This document shows positions 37,389 through 46,765 of a DNA stretch of 64,000 nucleotides, piece after piece. The first letter of the stretch is position 1, and every line of letters starts with the position of its first letter. The notes beneath the pieces are model-generated. The model worked only from the letters and a program-made list of their open reading frames with translations. It did not search any database and was not told where the DNA came from. The position numbers were made by a program, and so were the translations under genes. Source of the stretch: a virus; IMG/VR virus record IMGVR_UViG_3300030012_001430, positions 6,156 to 70,155 of that record; one strand, given 5' to 3'.

Positions 37389-37426
37389 CCACCTACTTCA
37401 TATAGTAAGAAGTTTAGGTGCAGTGA

Positions 37427-38659
37427 GTGTTTGTTGAACAGGAGGTATTGATTAGACAGGAGAGTGCTAGTGATTTCACTATTCTCAAGTCAGATAATCT
37501 AGTAATCGGAGGATATGCATCCATCGAAATAGTAGATAAGCAAAATGACTTGATAACACTAGAAGCACTTGAAAAAGCCGTTAAAGATTTCATGAGTGAG
37601 AAGTCTTACAGAAACGTCATGTCAAATCATTCCAATGTTCAAGTAGGAGAGGTGATAGAGCAATACCGTGATTCCAATGGTACATTACACAAGACAGGTG
37701 TAGATGGTGTCGGATTCTATGTAGTTATCAAAATGAGAGATGACATAGAGAAGGCAAAGGAAATTAACAGAGGAATCAGAAAAGGCACACTACGTTCCTT
37801 CAGTATCGGTGGACAAGCGATATCAAAGAGAGAAAGGAAATCGGAGGAATACGGGGAATACAACGAGATTGACAACTTGGAGTTGCATGAAGTTACTATA
37901 TGTGAAAAAGGAATAAACCCTGAAGCGAAATTCGACATTTTAAAAGCGAAAGGAGGTAAAGAAATGACGGAAAAATTGACGAAAGCACTGGAAGAACTCA
38001 ATGGTCTGCTAACGCAGGTTCGTGAGGTCACTGGTGACTCAGTTACAAAAGAAGATGAATTGGAGACAATGGAAATGAAAGAAGAAGAAACGATGAAAGA
38101 AGAAGAAGTTGAGAGCATGGACATGGCAGATAAAATGTCGATGAAGGAAGACGAAGTTGAGAGCATGGACGATATGGACAAGGCTCTTGATGAGGACTCG
38201 ACAAGAGATTACGAGGCCGGAGAAGAAGTAGTAAGTGGCGGAAAGCCAAAGGCTGCTCCTGCTGCCCTCTCAGTCTCTAAGGGTCTAGAAGGGTCTGACT
38301 TTACTACTCTCGACTTGAGTGCCGAGAATGTGGAGAAGGCTTACGAGGCTTACAAAGCAGAGCAACTAGAGGCAATGGCTTACGATAACCTATCGAAGCA
38401 ATTCGCTGACAGATTCGCTGCTGAACTCGAAGTTAAGAAATCAGCCGCAGAGCGAGCAGAGTACGATGCTTCGTCAGAAGTAGCGGCTCTCAAAGAGGAG
38501 TTTGCAGAACTACGCAAGTCCCTTACCGCAAAAGACGATGAGATTAGGAAAGCAACAGAAGTCGCTTTCTCTCTACCTGAAGGATTCCCAACAACTGCTG
38601 ATGCGGTTGCTGAGATGTCATGGGGAGACATACACAACCTCGCAAGGAAGGTGAACTAA
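37427..38659 (+). CDS. prohead protease fused to scaffolding domain
   Basis: IGGYAS..VDKQND, NHSN, SFSIGG, EVTICEKGINPEA; acidic coiled-coil C-terminal half; immediately precedes the capsid gene. Confidence 0.9.
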   Translation: MFVEQEVLIRQESASDFTILKSDNLVIGGYASIEIVDKQNDLITLEALEKAVKDFMSEKSYRNVMSNHSNVQVGEVIEQYRDSNGTLHKTGVDGVGFYVVIKMRDDIEKAKEINRGIRKGTLRSFSIGGQAISKRERKSEEYGEYNEIDNLELHEVTICEKGINPEAKFDILKAKGGKEMTEKLTKALEELNGLLTQVREVTGDSVTKEDELETMEMKEEETMKEEEVESMDMADKMSMKEDEVESMDDMDKALDEDSTRDYEAGEEVVSGGKPKAAPAALSVSKGLEGSDFTTLDLSAENVEKAYEAYKAEQLEAMAYDNLSKQFADRFAAELEVKKSAAERAEYDASSEVAALKEEFAELRKSLTAKDDEIRKATEVAFSLPEGFPTTADAVAEMSWGDIHNLARKVN

Positions 38660-38660
38660 A

Positions 38661-40022
38661 ATGAGTGGATATATTAACACAGTAAAAGACCTAGAAGCAG
38701 CCACCTATGGCTACGCTGGCGCACAGGGCAATGCTCTGCTAAAGGCTGCTGGTGTTGTTGGTGGTTTCGGAACGCCCCACGATGCAGCAAGCAACCCGTT
38801 TTCGGCTGCTGCTGGATTGGGAGACCTATACAACGTTCTTTACGGACAGAAAGTATGGTCAATGCTAAACCAAGAGGTTAACCCTCTTGCTATGCTCGCA
38901 AAGAGGCCATACACATCTAGTGGATGGAGAGTTCTAAAGAGCAGAGCAATGGGTGGCTCAGGTTCTGCATTCGGAATCGGAAGCGGTGCTGAAGGTTCAG
39001 ACACACCAAGACCCGACAAAATCGGTGGTGTTGGTGAGAACGCAACTCTAGGAAGTGGAAATGATATCCCACCAATTGCACCTCAGTATGAGAAACTATA
39101 CGTCAGTCCAAAGACTGTGGCTCATCTATTCGAGTTCTCTGAACTTGGTATGGAACTTGCTGCAATCGATGACGGTGTTGGTGACATTCGTGCAATCGTT
39201 CGTGAGGACATGGGTAAACTACACGCAGAGACTCAGAGCAAGATGCTAGTCATGCCTCTTGAGAGATATGATGACGGTACTGCAACTCTCATTGAGAGAA
39301 ACTACACATCTCTCATGAAGATTGTTTCGTCTGCTGCTGAGATTGCTGCTATGTATAACGCAAACCTAGTGGATGCTAGTGCTAACAACAACAACAACAG
39401 TGCAGCCGCAGCAGACCTAGTACGCCTATTCGGAACTTCCCGAACTGTCAACGTATCAAACAACGCTGCAACTGGCGATGCTTCCTTCTTGGATGCAGAG
39501 GTTGACTTCGGTGCAGGATATGGTAGTGGCGATGCTAGAGTTCTAACACTAACCATGCTTAATGACATGATTAGGAGAATCAGGCAGAACGGCGGAAACC
39601 CGAAAGTTATCTTGACTGGCTATGACACTGTTCAGCACCTTGCTGACTTGCTACAAAGCCAAGAGAGATTCATGGACAGAAAGGAAATCGTACCTACCCA
39701 CAATGGAGTTCGTGGTGTTAAGGGTGCAGAGGTTGGATTCAGAGTTGCAACATACTACGACATCCCAATCATCCCAACCAAGGACATGCCATCTACTGGC
39801 GGTAACTCAACCAACGAACTGAGTGACATACTCATCCTAGACACAGACCATCTGTGGCTATCGGTGATGAAGCCTACTCAGTATTTCGAGGATGGTATCA
39901 CTAGTGGAAACCCATTCGGTGTTGGCAAACTTGGAAACCAAGGAATGTATCGAACTATGGGAGAGACCGGATGTTCGTTCTTCAAGGGACAAGGTAAGAT
40001 AACCAACATTAAGAGTGCTTGA
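38661..40022 (+). CDS. major capsid protein (HK97 fold)
   Basis: position after protease/scaffold; 453 aa; YYDIPII and TMGET C-terminal features. Confidence 0.85.
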   Translation: MSGYINTVKDLEAATYGYAGAQGNALLKAAGVVGGFGTPHDAASNPFSAAAGLGDLYNVLYGQKVWSMLNQEVNPLAMLAKRPYTSSGWRVLKSRAMGGSGSAFGIGSGAEGSDTPRPDKIGGVGENATLGSGNDIPPIAPQYEKLYVSPKTVAHLFEFSELGMELAAIDDGVGDIRAIVREDMGKLHAETQSKMLVMPLERYDDGTATLIERNYTSLMKIVSSAAEIAAMYNANLVDASANNNNNSAAAADLVRLFGTSRTVNVSNNAATGDASFLDAEVDFGAGYGSGDARVLTLTMLNDMIRRIRQNGGNPKVILTGYDTVQHLADLLQSQERFMDRKEIVPTHNGVRGVKGAEVGFRVATYYDIPIIPTKDMPSTGGNSTNELSDILILDTDHLWLSVMKPTQYFEDGITSGNPFGVGKLGNQGMYRTMGETGCSFFKGQGKITNIKSA

Positions 40023-40033
40023 GGTGATTAGAG

Positions 40034-40369
40034 TTGACACACGCTGTTACTCTAGTTGCTGACCATAAGGGCGTAACTGCCCCAAAGGTCGCAGGTGACG
40101 AGTATGTGGTTGATGCAATAGTCAACATAACTGCATACGTTCAGGGTGGAATAACCCTGACTGCTGCTGAGTTGGGTCTGTCTTCCCTACACTGCGTTCT
40201 AGTAACAGGTGTAGAGGAGATTGGACACAGTGCAAGAGCCGTCATCAGTGCCGCAGGAGCATACGAGTCAGGAACAAGTGCCAAACTTATCCTGTCTACT
40301 GGCTCTGCACAACAATCAGGTACAGGAGATGAAGGCATGGTAAGAGTCCGTGTCTATGGTAATCTCTGA
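40034..40369 (+). CDS. capsid decoration/minor head protein
   Basis: small beta-rich protein right after the capsid gene. Confidence 0.65.
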   Translation: MTHAVTLVADHKGVTAPKVAGDEYVVDAIVNITAYVQGGITLTAAELGLSSLHCVLVTGVEEIGHSARAVISAAGAYESGTSAKLILSTGSAQQSGTGDEGMVRVRVYGNL

Positions 40370-40397
40370 AATGACAATGATTAAGTGATAACGTAAA

Positions 40398-40437
40398 GTA
40401 GTGGCCTCTGCCCCTAATACGGGGCAGGGGTTACTAC
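40398..40437 (+). terminator. strong hairpin after the capsid genes
   Basis: GTAGTGGCCTCTGCCCC-taatac-GGGGCAGGGGTTACTAC. Confidence 0.65.
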
Positions 40438-40458
40438 CACAATAAAAAGGTGAATAAA

Positions 40459-40962
40459 ATGGCAAAAGTAAAGTTAGTAAGACACAGACCAAGTGGACCT
40501 CTTCTACTACGAAGAGGCGGTCAAACATATGCATTAACAGCACAAGAGGAAACTGTTGTTCCACTAGGAATTGCAGTTGGAATGCTAGGAGATTCAGGAC
40601 TCCTAGTAGAATTAGATGCTTCTGATTCCTCAGACATCCTGACATTGAATGAATACTTACTCAATCTACTCAAGAGAGAGTTTGGCTTAGAGGGAGATGC
40701 AAAGGCAGTTAGGGCTGCTTTGTTCCCTTCAAAAAAGAAGTCATTCATTCCTAACATAATCAAAGAGACTCCCGTAGAGGAGACTCCCGTAGAAGAACCA
40801 GCAGTAGAGGAAGAACCTGAAGAACCTGAAGAGGTTGTAGAGGAAACTGTTGACTATTCACAATACACAGTGAAACAACTCAAGGGGATGCTTGAGGAGA
40901 AGGGACTATCAACTGATGGAAAGAAAGCAGACTTGGTAGAGAGGATGTCGGGGGCTGAATAA
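40459..40962 (+). CDS. protein with C-terminal SAP domain
   Basis: YTVKQLKGMLEEKGLSTDGKKADLVERM after an acidic E/P linker. Confidence 0.8.
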   Translation: MAKVKLVRHRPSGPLLLRRGGQTYALTAQEETVVPLGIAVGMLGDSGLLVELDASDSSDILTLNEYLLNLLKREFGLEGDAKAVRAALFPSKKKSFIPNIIKETPVEETPVEEPAVEEEPEEPEEVVEETVDYSQYTVKQLKGMLEEKGLSTDGKKADLVERMSGAE

Positions 40963-41258
40963 TGGCATCCCCAACATGCAATTCCACAGGCGTACTTTCT
41001 ACTAGCACAGTAGCAGTAAAGCATCATGCTAAGATAATGAGCGTTCATGCCACATCAACGGCAAACGCTGTAATGACTGTCAAGATTTGGGACAGTGACA
41101 ATTCAACCACAACAGGCAAGAAGGAGGTTGCCCGATTAGTTCTACATGCAGGAGGAACTGCTCAAACCATCGAGCAAGACCTACATGGAGTTCTTGTAGC
41201 CAATGGAATCTTCGTTCAGATTACTGGCACAGGAACTGTTTCTGTAAACTTTGCTTGA
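40962..41258 (+). CDS. small beta-rich virion protein
   Basis: T/S/V-rich; coupled start. Confidence 0.65.
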   Translation: MASPTCNSTGVLSTSTVAVKHHAKIMSVHATSTANAVMTVKIWDSDNSTTTGKKEVARLVLHAGGTAQTIEQDLHGVLVANGIFVQITGTGTVSVNFA

Positions 41259-41268
41259 GGTGATTATC

Positions 41269-41694
41269 ATGCCAAGTATAGATACAGATACTAGACTAAT
41301 AATGACTGTTCTATTCGTTGGAGCAGTTAGCGGTGTCAATGTTTACTTCTTCTCGCAATACGGTTCTACCTTTGTGAGTGCCTATGGTCCTTATCCAGTG
41401 GCTATGATATTCGGGGTTCTAACCGTAGGAGGGATAGTGATACTGAAAGCACTATTCGATTTGATGATTAACGATTACATAGAGGACTTCTTACTTCAGC
41501 GACAAATCAATGCTTATTGGAACAGAAAGGCAAGAGATGAGGAAAACCGAAAGAGGGTAAGAGAATCCTTCAGAGGCTTCCAGCAGCAGTTTGGCACGAC
41601 AGCATACGGAGACCCAAATCTACCAGTGATGCAACCAACCGCTCAAGAAGTGCAAACGGTCAGTCCAACTTTCCTAACAGGTTTCAATGAGTGA
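41269..41694 (+). CDS. membrane protein (2 predicted TM segments plus charged helix)
   Basis: LIMTVLFVGAVSGVNVYFF and VAMIFGVLTVGGIVIL. Confidence 0.75.
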   Translation: MPSIDTDTRLIMTVLFVGAVSGVNVYFFSQYGSTFVSAYGPYPVAMIFGVLTVGGIVILKALFDLMINDYIEDFLLQRQINAYWNRKARDEENRKRVRESFRGFQQQFGTTAYGDPNLPVMQPTAQEVQTVSPTFLTGFNE

Positions 41695-41699
41695 TTTAG

Positions 41700-41921
41700 A
41701 TGGTAAGTGAAATCCTATTTGGGATGGATGAATCTACTCTAGCCTATGACCTTCAAAGGGCGCATTCTGCTGATGTATGGTTTCTTAGGGCTAGATTCTA
41801 CTTGTGGGGAGGAATCGCCTCAGTAACTAGTTTCTTTGTAGGACATGCTATTTCTCTTTGGGGAATCAACCTTTACGAAGTTGGTTGGCACATACTAAGT
41901 TCCCTTTGGGGCGGTCATTGA
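41700..41921 (+). CDS. small membrane protein
   Basis: hydrophobic FYLWGGIASVTSFFVGHAISLWGI. Confidence 0.7.
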   Translation: MVSEILFGMDESTLAYDLQRAHSADVWFLRARFYLWGGIASVTSFFVGHAISLWGINLYEVGWHILSSLWGGH

Positions 41922-41975
41922 CTTCTCAACCATTTTAATGCTCTCCGACATCCGACTCACTGAAGAGGTGATAGC

Positions 41976-42647
41976 GTGTCGGTGATGGCAGGTTTTGCAA
42001 TACTAATTGTAGAGGCTATGAATAAGTTGTATAACAGACTACATGCTATCAATTTCGGCATATATGGAGCAAGCAAGGCAGGAAAGACAACTCTACATCG
42101 ACAATTAATGACTAGAGGGGAAGTCCCTGATATACAGAAAAGAACTGTTGGCAGACATAGGGCTACTCGTAAATTCGTGAAACTAGACGGTGATGCACAT
42201 ACTGTAAAGACTGCCGATATTGGTGGTCAAACTGTATATTGGGAAGAATGGGTTAGAGACATGAGAGGAAGACATGTGAAGTATGTCATATTCCTGTTTG
42301 ATGATAGACATCTAGACAAGCACTATGATATAGAGCAACAACTGTCTTGGACATTTCTAGTTGATACTATATGCAATTCATATTGGACTATTGGAGGTCG
42401 AAAGAAGAAAAAGCAAGACCATGACTACCCTCTAGCAGTCGGTCTTTGGGCGAACAAGTATGACCTATGGAAAGACAAGTATCCACATAATGGAAAAATC
42501 GAAGACCATCCTATATTCGCTTCATTCAAACCCGGACTTCAGAAGTTAAACGAGACAGGCATACCATGTCACAAATACATAGTTAGTGCTAAATCTGATT
42601 CTGAAATGGTATATCGTGGAGTATTAACAATGATAAAAGACTACTGA
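41976..42647 (+). CDS. Ras-superfamily small GTPase, Arf/Sar-like
   Basis: G1 GASKAGKT, G2 RTVG, G3 DIGGQ, G4 ANKYD, G5 SAK; hydrophobic N-terminal helix. Confidence 0.9.
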   Translation: MSVMAGFAILIVEAMNKLYNRLHAINFGIYGASKAGKTTLHRQLMTRGEVPDIQKRTVGRHRATRKFVKLDGDAHTVKTADIGGQTVYWEEWVRDMRGRHVKYVIFLFDDRHLDKHYDIEQQLSWTFLVDTICNSYWTIGGRKKKKQDHDYPLAVGLWANKYDLWKDKYPHNGKIEDHPIFASFKPGLQKLNETGIPCHKYIVSAKSDSEMVYRGVLTMIKDY

Positions 42648-42706
42648 TACGTCAGACTACTCAGGTCTGACCGCAAGGAAGACCTAGATAGGTAGGAGAA
42701 AATAAA

Positions 42707-43387
42707 ATGTCAATGCAATTTAACCCCCCTAGTTTGATAGGAGCAACGAATGCAACAGTGAACGCTGGCCCTAATCCATTCATGGATAGATTGACTGCCG
42801 CAAGAGCAGCAGGGCCAATAATGCCTTATGAGTATAAGGCACTAAAACCAAAGAAACAGTTGAAAGAAATAGTAAAGGTATTGAAACCGGAAAAGAAAAC
42901 TTTTCTCAAGATACCTTACTCCTTCAAGTACAACTACAAAGATAGATGTGTCATATGTGGAACACAGAAATTTTGGACGGCAGACGATACTAGAAGACCT
43001 CCACTTCCACTGCACAAGGTTCGCAAGGGATATCCAATGAGAGGAACATACTGCGAGAAACATGCAGCAATACACATGCAGTATGAAATGCTAGAGCAAC
43101 AGATACTAGCCGAGGAACATGGTCTTTCCTTCAGTGCATACATCCCTTCTGCTAAGAGTTTGAATCCAGTTAACCTAGTAAAATCAGGACCAATAACTCA
43201 ATTAAAACAAGAGGACATAAACTCTCTAACATCTCTAGGATGGTCAATACAACCTCCTGTCACAGAGAACTCATCTAAGGAAGAACAACTCTATGCCTTG
43301 ATGATAGAGAACACGGCCATGTCTGCTAAGATTAAATCTTTATTGACCGAAGGCGTTAAGATTACCACACAGGAGGAGAGTAACTGA
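42707..43387 (+). CDS. Zn-binding hypothetical protein
   Basis: CVIC...YCEKH. Confidence 0.75.
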   Translation: MSMQFNPPSLIGATNATVNAGPNPFMDRLTAARAAGPIMPYEYKALKPKKQLKEIVKVLKPEKKTFLKIPYSFKYNYKDRCVICGTQKFWTADDTRRPPLPLHKVRKGYPMRGTYCEKHAAIHMQYEMLEQQILAEEHGLSFSAYIPSAKSLNPVNLVKSGPITQLKQEDINSLTSLGWSIQPPVTENSSKEEQLYALMIENTAMSAKIKSLLTEGVKITTQEESN

Positions 43388-44094
43388 TGGGTGTCTTCGG
43401 AACAAGCAACTCTGCCCTATCTTCACAGATAAACACAATGGGCCAAGCCAATTTTAAAATGACTAACAACCTCTTGACTTTGCAAGAGAATCATGTGGAA
43501 GAGTTCTTCCAATACCACGGAGAACAATTCCTAAGTGCATTTGAAAAGATGATGGAAGATGTGATGGCTAGAGTTGTCAGTCAGATGCTAGTCAAAATGA
43601 AATTCGTATCTAACACCAATGGAGATTTGGAGATACATCCTGACTCTCTAAGTGAGTTCACAAGTATCACACAAGAAAATATTGATTTGGATATTGTCAA
43701 CCTTCTTGCTAGTGCTGTTAACTCAGAAGTTATCATGCAGAGAAGAATGGCAAAGCAGCAGTATCTAGAATCACAGGGCTTTGCTTCTCCTGCACAAGAT
43801 ATGCCGCAACAAATGGGCGGTATGCCTCAAGGTGGAAACCCTCAAGGCATGAATCCTACAAACATACAAGGCGCACCTGCTATGGGTGGGATGAATCAGC
43901 AAATGATGCAACAGCAAATGGCTATGAACAATGGAAGTGGATATCCAATACCTCCGAGTGGGTATGACCAATTCAATAATCCATATTGGATTGACCCTGC
44001 TACTGGTCAACCATCATACACACCGCCTCAAAGCGGTCTTGGTCTAGCCTCTGCTCTAAGCAAAGGTGTTGCATGGGCAAAGTGGTTGGCATAG
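43387..44094 (+). CDS. protein with Q/M/G/P low-complexity region and amphipathic C-terminus
   Basis: MPQQMGGMPQGG...; ends GLGLASALSKGVAWAKWLA. Confidence 0.75.
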   Translation: MGVFGTSNSALSSQINTMGQANFKMTNNLLTLQENHVEEFFQYHGEQFLSAFEKMMEDVMARVVSQMLVKMKFVSNTNGDLEIHPDSLSEFTSITQENIDLDIVNLLASAVNSEVIMQRRMAKQQYLESQGFASPAQDMPQQMGGMPQGGNPQGMNPTNIQGAPAMGGMNQQMMQQQMAMNNGSGYPIPPSGYDQFNNPYWIDPATGQPSYTPPQSGLGLASALSKGVAWAKWLA

Positions 44095-44108
44095 GTGGAA
44101 TTTAATGT

Positions 44109-45482
44109 ATGAGTTTGACTATCGACAGCAGTAATGATAGCGACCTAGAAGATACATTTACTCTAACCGAAGCAGATGTCAAGGCTGCTACTGTTACCCC
44201 CACTACTGATGCTTCTGTTATTCTAAGGACATTAGTTCTAAAGATGCTTCAGAGTCAAATGAAAGACAGTAGGAGATTCACACAGCAAACAGTCAGGAGA
44301 GACTTTAGAATATTGATGTCTCTTACAAAAGAGGATTTCAAAACAGAGGAAGAGTTTGCACAGTATAAAAAATACATGGGGGAACTTGTGGAGAAAGCAC
44401 TATCCCTTCCTGTGGCTAAAACTGTTGATGAATTAGAGGATAACCTACCCGGAAAGAAAGGCTCTGCAATGTTTGAGTTGTTTGGTGGAGGTTCAATGAC
44501 TAGAGATGATTTCAAATCGGATGAGGCATATGAGGACTACAAGCAAAGCATAGAGAACAAACCTTCTCCTGTTGCTACTAATATAAGAGAGAAGGACGTT
44601 ACATTTCAGCAATTACTACTCCCTGCTTACTTGGGTCAGACATACGAAGGTAGTTCTAAAACAGGCAAACCATCTAAGGTAATGGAGACTGTTGATAAAG
44701 ATAAGAGTCTCTTCGATGAAAGTAAGATTGGGCAATACCTAGATAAAAACGATAGTGATTCATCAACGAAAGGCAAGATATTCTACACATGGGATTTGGA
44801 GGCATATCTGAAAGCACTATTGAAGGATGATGGGTTTGATGATTTCGACAGTGACCATTTGAGGTTAGTTCCTAACAAAGAGAAAGAAACCGCTACGCTA
44901 AATTCCACTAGAATGAATACCCTATTAGGCATAAACCCCCCTAAGATGGATATTACTATGAAATTCGATGGGGAAAGAAACAAAGTCATACCTTCTAAAT
45001 ACACACTTGGCGATAGAGAGTACGATGCCAAGGTAAAGACTGAAAGAGAGAAAGCCGCAAAGTATCTGCTTTCCTTCATAAAACTCACCAAAGAACAAGA
45101 AGATAAAATCGCTAAGGAAATCTTAGAGAGGTCAAACTTCATGAAAGCAAGAAGAACTAGAGACAGGGATAAGAAGATGAGAGGTGCAGGGCGTGAGCCA
45201 ACTGTTTCCGAACTCACTAGAAACTATCTAGACTTAGATGTGGGAAAGATGACCTTTGTTATATCTGTGAGTGGATATCAATCCATTCTAAAGGGAACTA
45301 TATCCGCAGAGGAGAAACAAGATGTTCTTGACTATGGTTTGATACTAGACAAGACAGGGGAATTAAGATTAGCAGAAGAAGGTGCTTTCGCTATCACTGA
45401 AAGAGATAAGGTGGAGGGCATATCTGATATAGTCAGGGGGGTTAAGACCTTCATGGCTAAGACCCGGAAATTCAGGAGTTGA
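44109..45482 (+). CDS. hypothetical protein
   Basis: 457 aa ORF. Confidence 0.75.
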   Translation: MSLTIDSSNDSDLEDTFTLTEADVKAATVTPTTDASVILRTLVLKMLQSQMKDSRRFTQQTVRRDFRILMSLTKEDFKTEEEFAQYKKYMGELVEKALSLPVAKTVDELEDNLPGKKGSAMFELFGGGSMTRDDFKSDEAYEDYKQSIENKPSPVATNIREKDVTFQQLLLPAYLGQTYEGSSKTGKPSKVMETVDKDKSLFDESKIGQYLDKNDSDSSTKGKIFYTWDLEAYLKALLKDDGFDDFDSDHLRLVPNKEKETATLNSTRMNTLLGINPPKMDITMKFDGERNKVIPSKYTLGDREYDAKVKTEREKAAKYLLSFIKLTKEQEDKIAKEILERSNFMKARRTRDRDKKMRGAGREPTVSELTRNYLDLDVGKMTFVISVSGYQSILKGTISAEEKQDVLDYGLILDKTGELRLAEEGAFAITERDKVEGISDIVRGVKTFMAKTRKFRS

Positions 45483-45486
45483 ATAA

Positions 45487-46563
45487 ATGTCAAAACTATC
45501 ATCCCCAAGTGACTTTACTAACATTAACCCAAACTACACATTAGGTAGAGGATTCTATACAACGCATTCTGATGTATCTCAACTATTGCAGATAAATGCC
45601 TTTACCTCATCCACTACACCTACTATTGCTGAAGTTGGTAATCTAATCAAGAGAGCAGAGGAGAGGGTTGATGATGTGGTTGGGCATTCTTATCGACCTG
45701 TTATTTATCACCATGAGTTTCATGGATTCGAGGCTTTCAGGATGGGTGCTTATCCAGTAAACAGATTCAAAGATTACATTGGCTTTGTTCAATTAGAGAG
45801 ACCTGATGTTCAGAAGATTGTAAGACTAGAGGTTTGGCAAGGAACTGAATATGTAGACTTGGCTTCTGCAACTGCGAAGATAAAAGTACCAAGTGGCCCT
45901 GAGAGTGGCTCTTGGAGAATTGTGTTGGGAGTTGGAGCATATACATTCCATCTAGATAAAGGAACAGAGTTCTTCGATAACTATGGACCTAAGACAACTG
46001 CTAGTCAGATAGCCGATGCAATCAACGAGGTCTTCCCACATAAGACTGCGAAGTTCACTGGTGAAACTACTGCTAAGACTGTGACCGCTCAAGGAGCAAC
46101 TACTGTCAATATCTCTGATTTCTTCTATGCTACAACAGACAGTGAAGCAGGGGATACTGTTGTAATCTCCTCTCTTCTGATGGGGGATGATGGCTCTGCT
46201 TGCACTATATCATCAACGGCTGGAACAGTAACTCAGTTCACAGACAACCAAGACCAAAGAAGACTAGGAGATTATTGGGTGATAGGAAAAGACGGTAAGA
46301 TTTTCTTCTTGAAGAATTATCCATTCCTTCATTCACACTCTGTTCGTGTAACATATGTCAGTGGGGAGAAGAGAGTTCCTGCTACCATACACGATGCTAC
46401 TACTAAACTAGTAGCGGCAGAGGTCATACGTCATGATGACAACTCAATACTCATTGCTGAAACAGGCTCTAACATAGACCTGAAAACTAAGCACGATATA
46501 CTTCTTGAGGAAGCCAATAAGATACTAAACGGCAAGAAAGATATCATACATTTTATTGATTAG
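45487..46563 (+). CDS. head-tail adaptor with inserted beta domain
   Basis: YTTHSDVSQLL...LIKRAEERVD and VRVTYVSG...VPATIHDATTKLVA adaptor-like ends. Confidence 0.7.
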   Translation: MSKLSSPSDFTNINPNYTLGRGFYTTHSDVSQLLQINAFTSSTTPTIAEVGNLIKRAEERVDDVVGHSYRPVIYHHEFHGFEAFRMGAYPVNRFKDYIGFVQLERPDVQKIVRLEVWQGTEYVDLASATAKIKVPSGPESGSWRIVLGVGAYTFHLDKGTEFFDNYGPKTTASQIADAINEVFPHKTAKFTGETTAKTVTAQGATTVNISDFFYATTDSEAGDTVVISSLLMGDDGSACTISSTAGTVTQFTDNQDQRRLGDYWVIGKDGKIFFLKNYPFLHSHSVRVTYVSGEKRVPATIHDATTKLVAAEVIRHDDNSILIAETGSNIDLKTKHDILLEEANKILNGKKDIIHFID

Positions 46564-46570
46564 TGATATT

Positions 46571-46765
46571 ATGAGTGCAGAGAAGAAGTATCTTGAGATT
46601 CTAAAAAAGGAACAAGAAAGAAATGAACTCTTGAAAGAACTAGAAGACATAATTGGATTTGATGTTAGTTTCTCCGATGAGATGGTTATGAGGAATGCTA
46701 GAGATGCGTTTGCTAAGGCGTATGACAAGGAACTTAAGGAGAAGTTGAAGATATGGATGAAGTGA
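46571..46765 (+). CDS. small helical protein
   Basis: MSAEKKYLE... Confidence 0.55.
   Translation: MSAEKKYLEILKKEQERNELLKELEDIIGFDVSFSDEMVMRNARDAFAKAYDKELKEKLKIWMK

Noticed and set aside
40766-40795. Tandem 15 bp repeat GAGACTCCCGTAGAR
   Set aside because: Simply encodes an ETPVE linker duplication in the SAP protein
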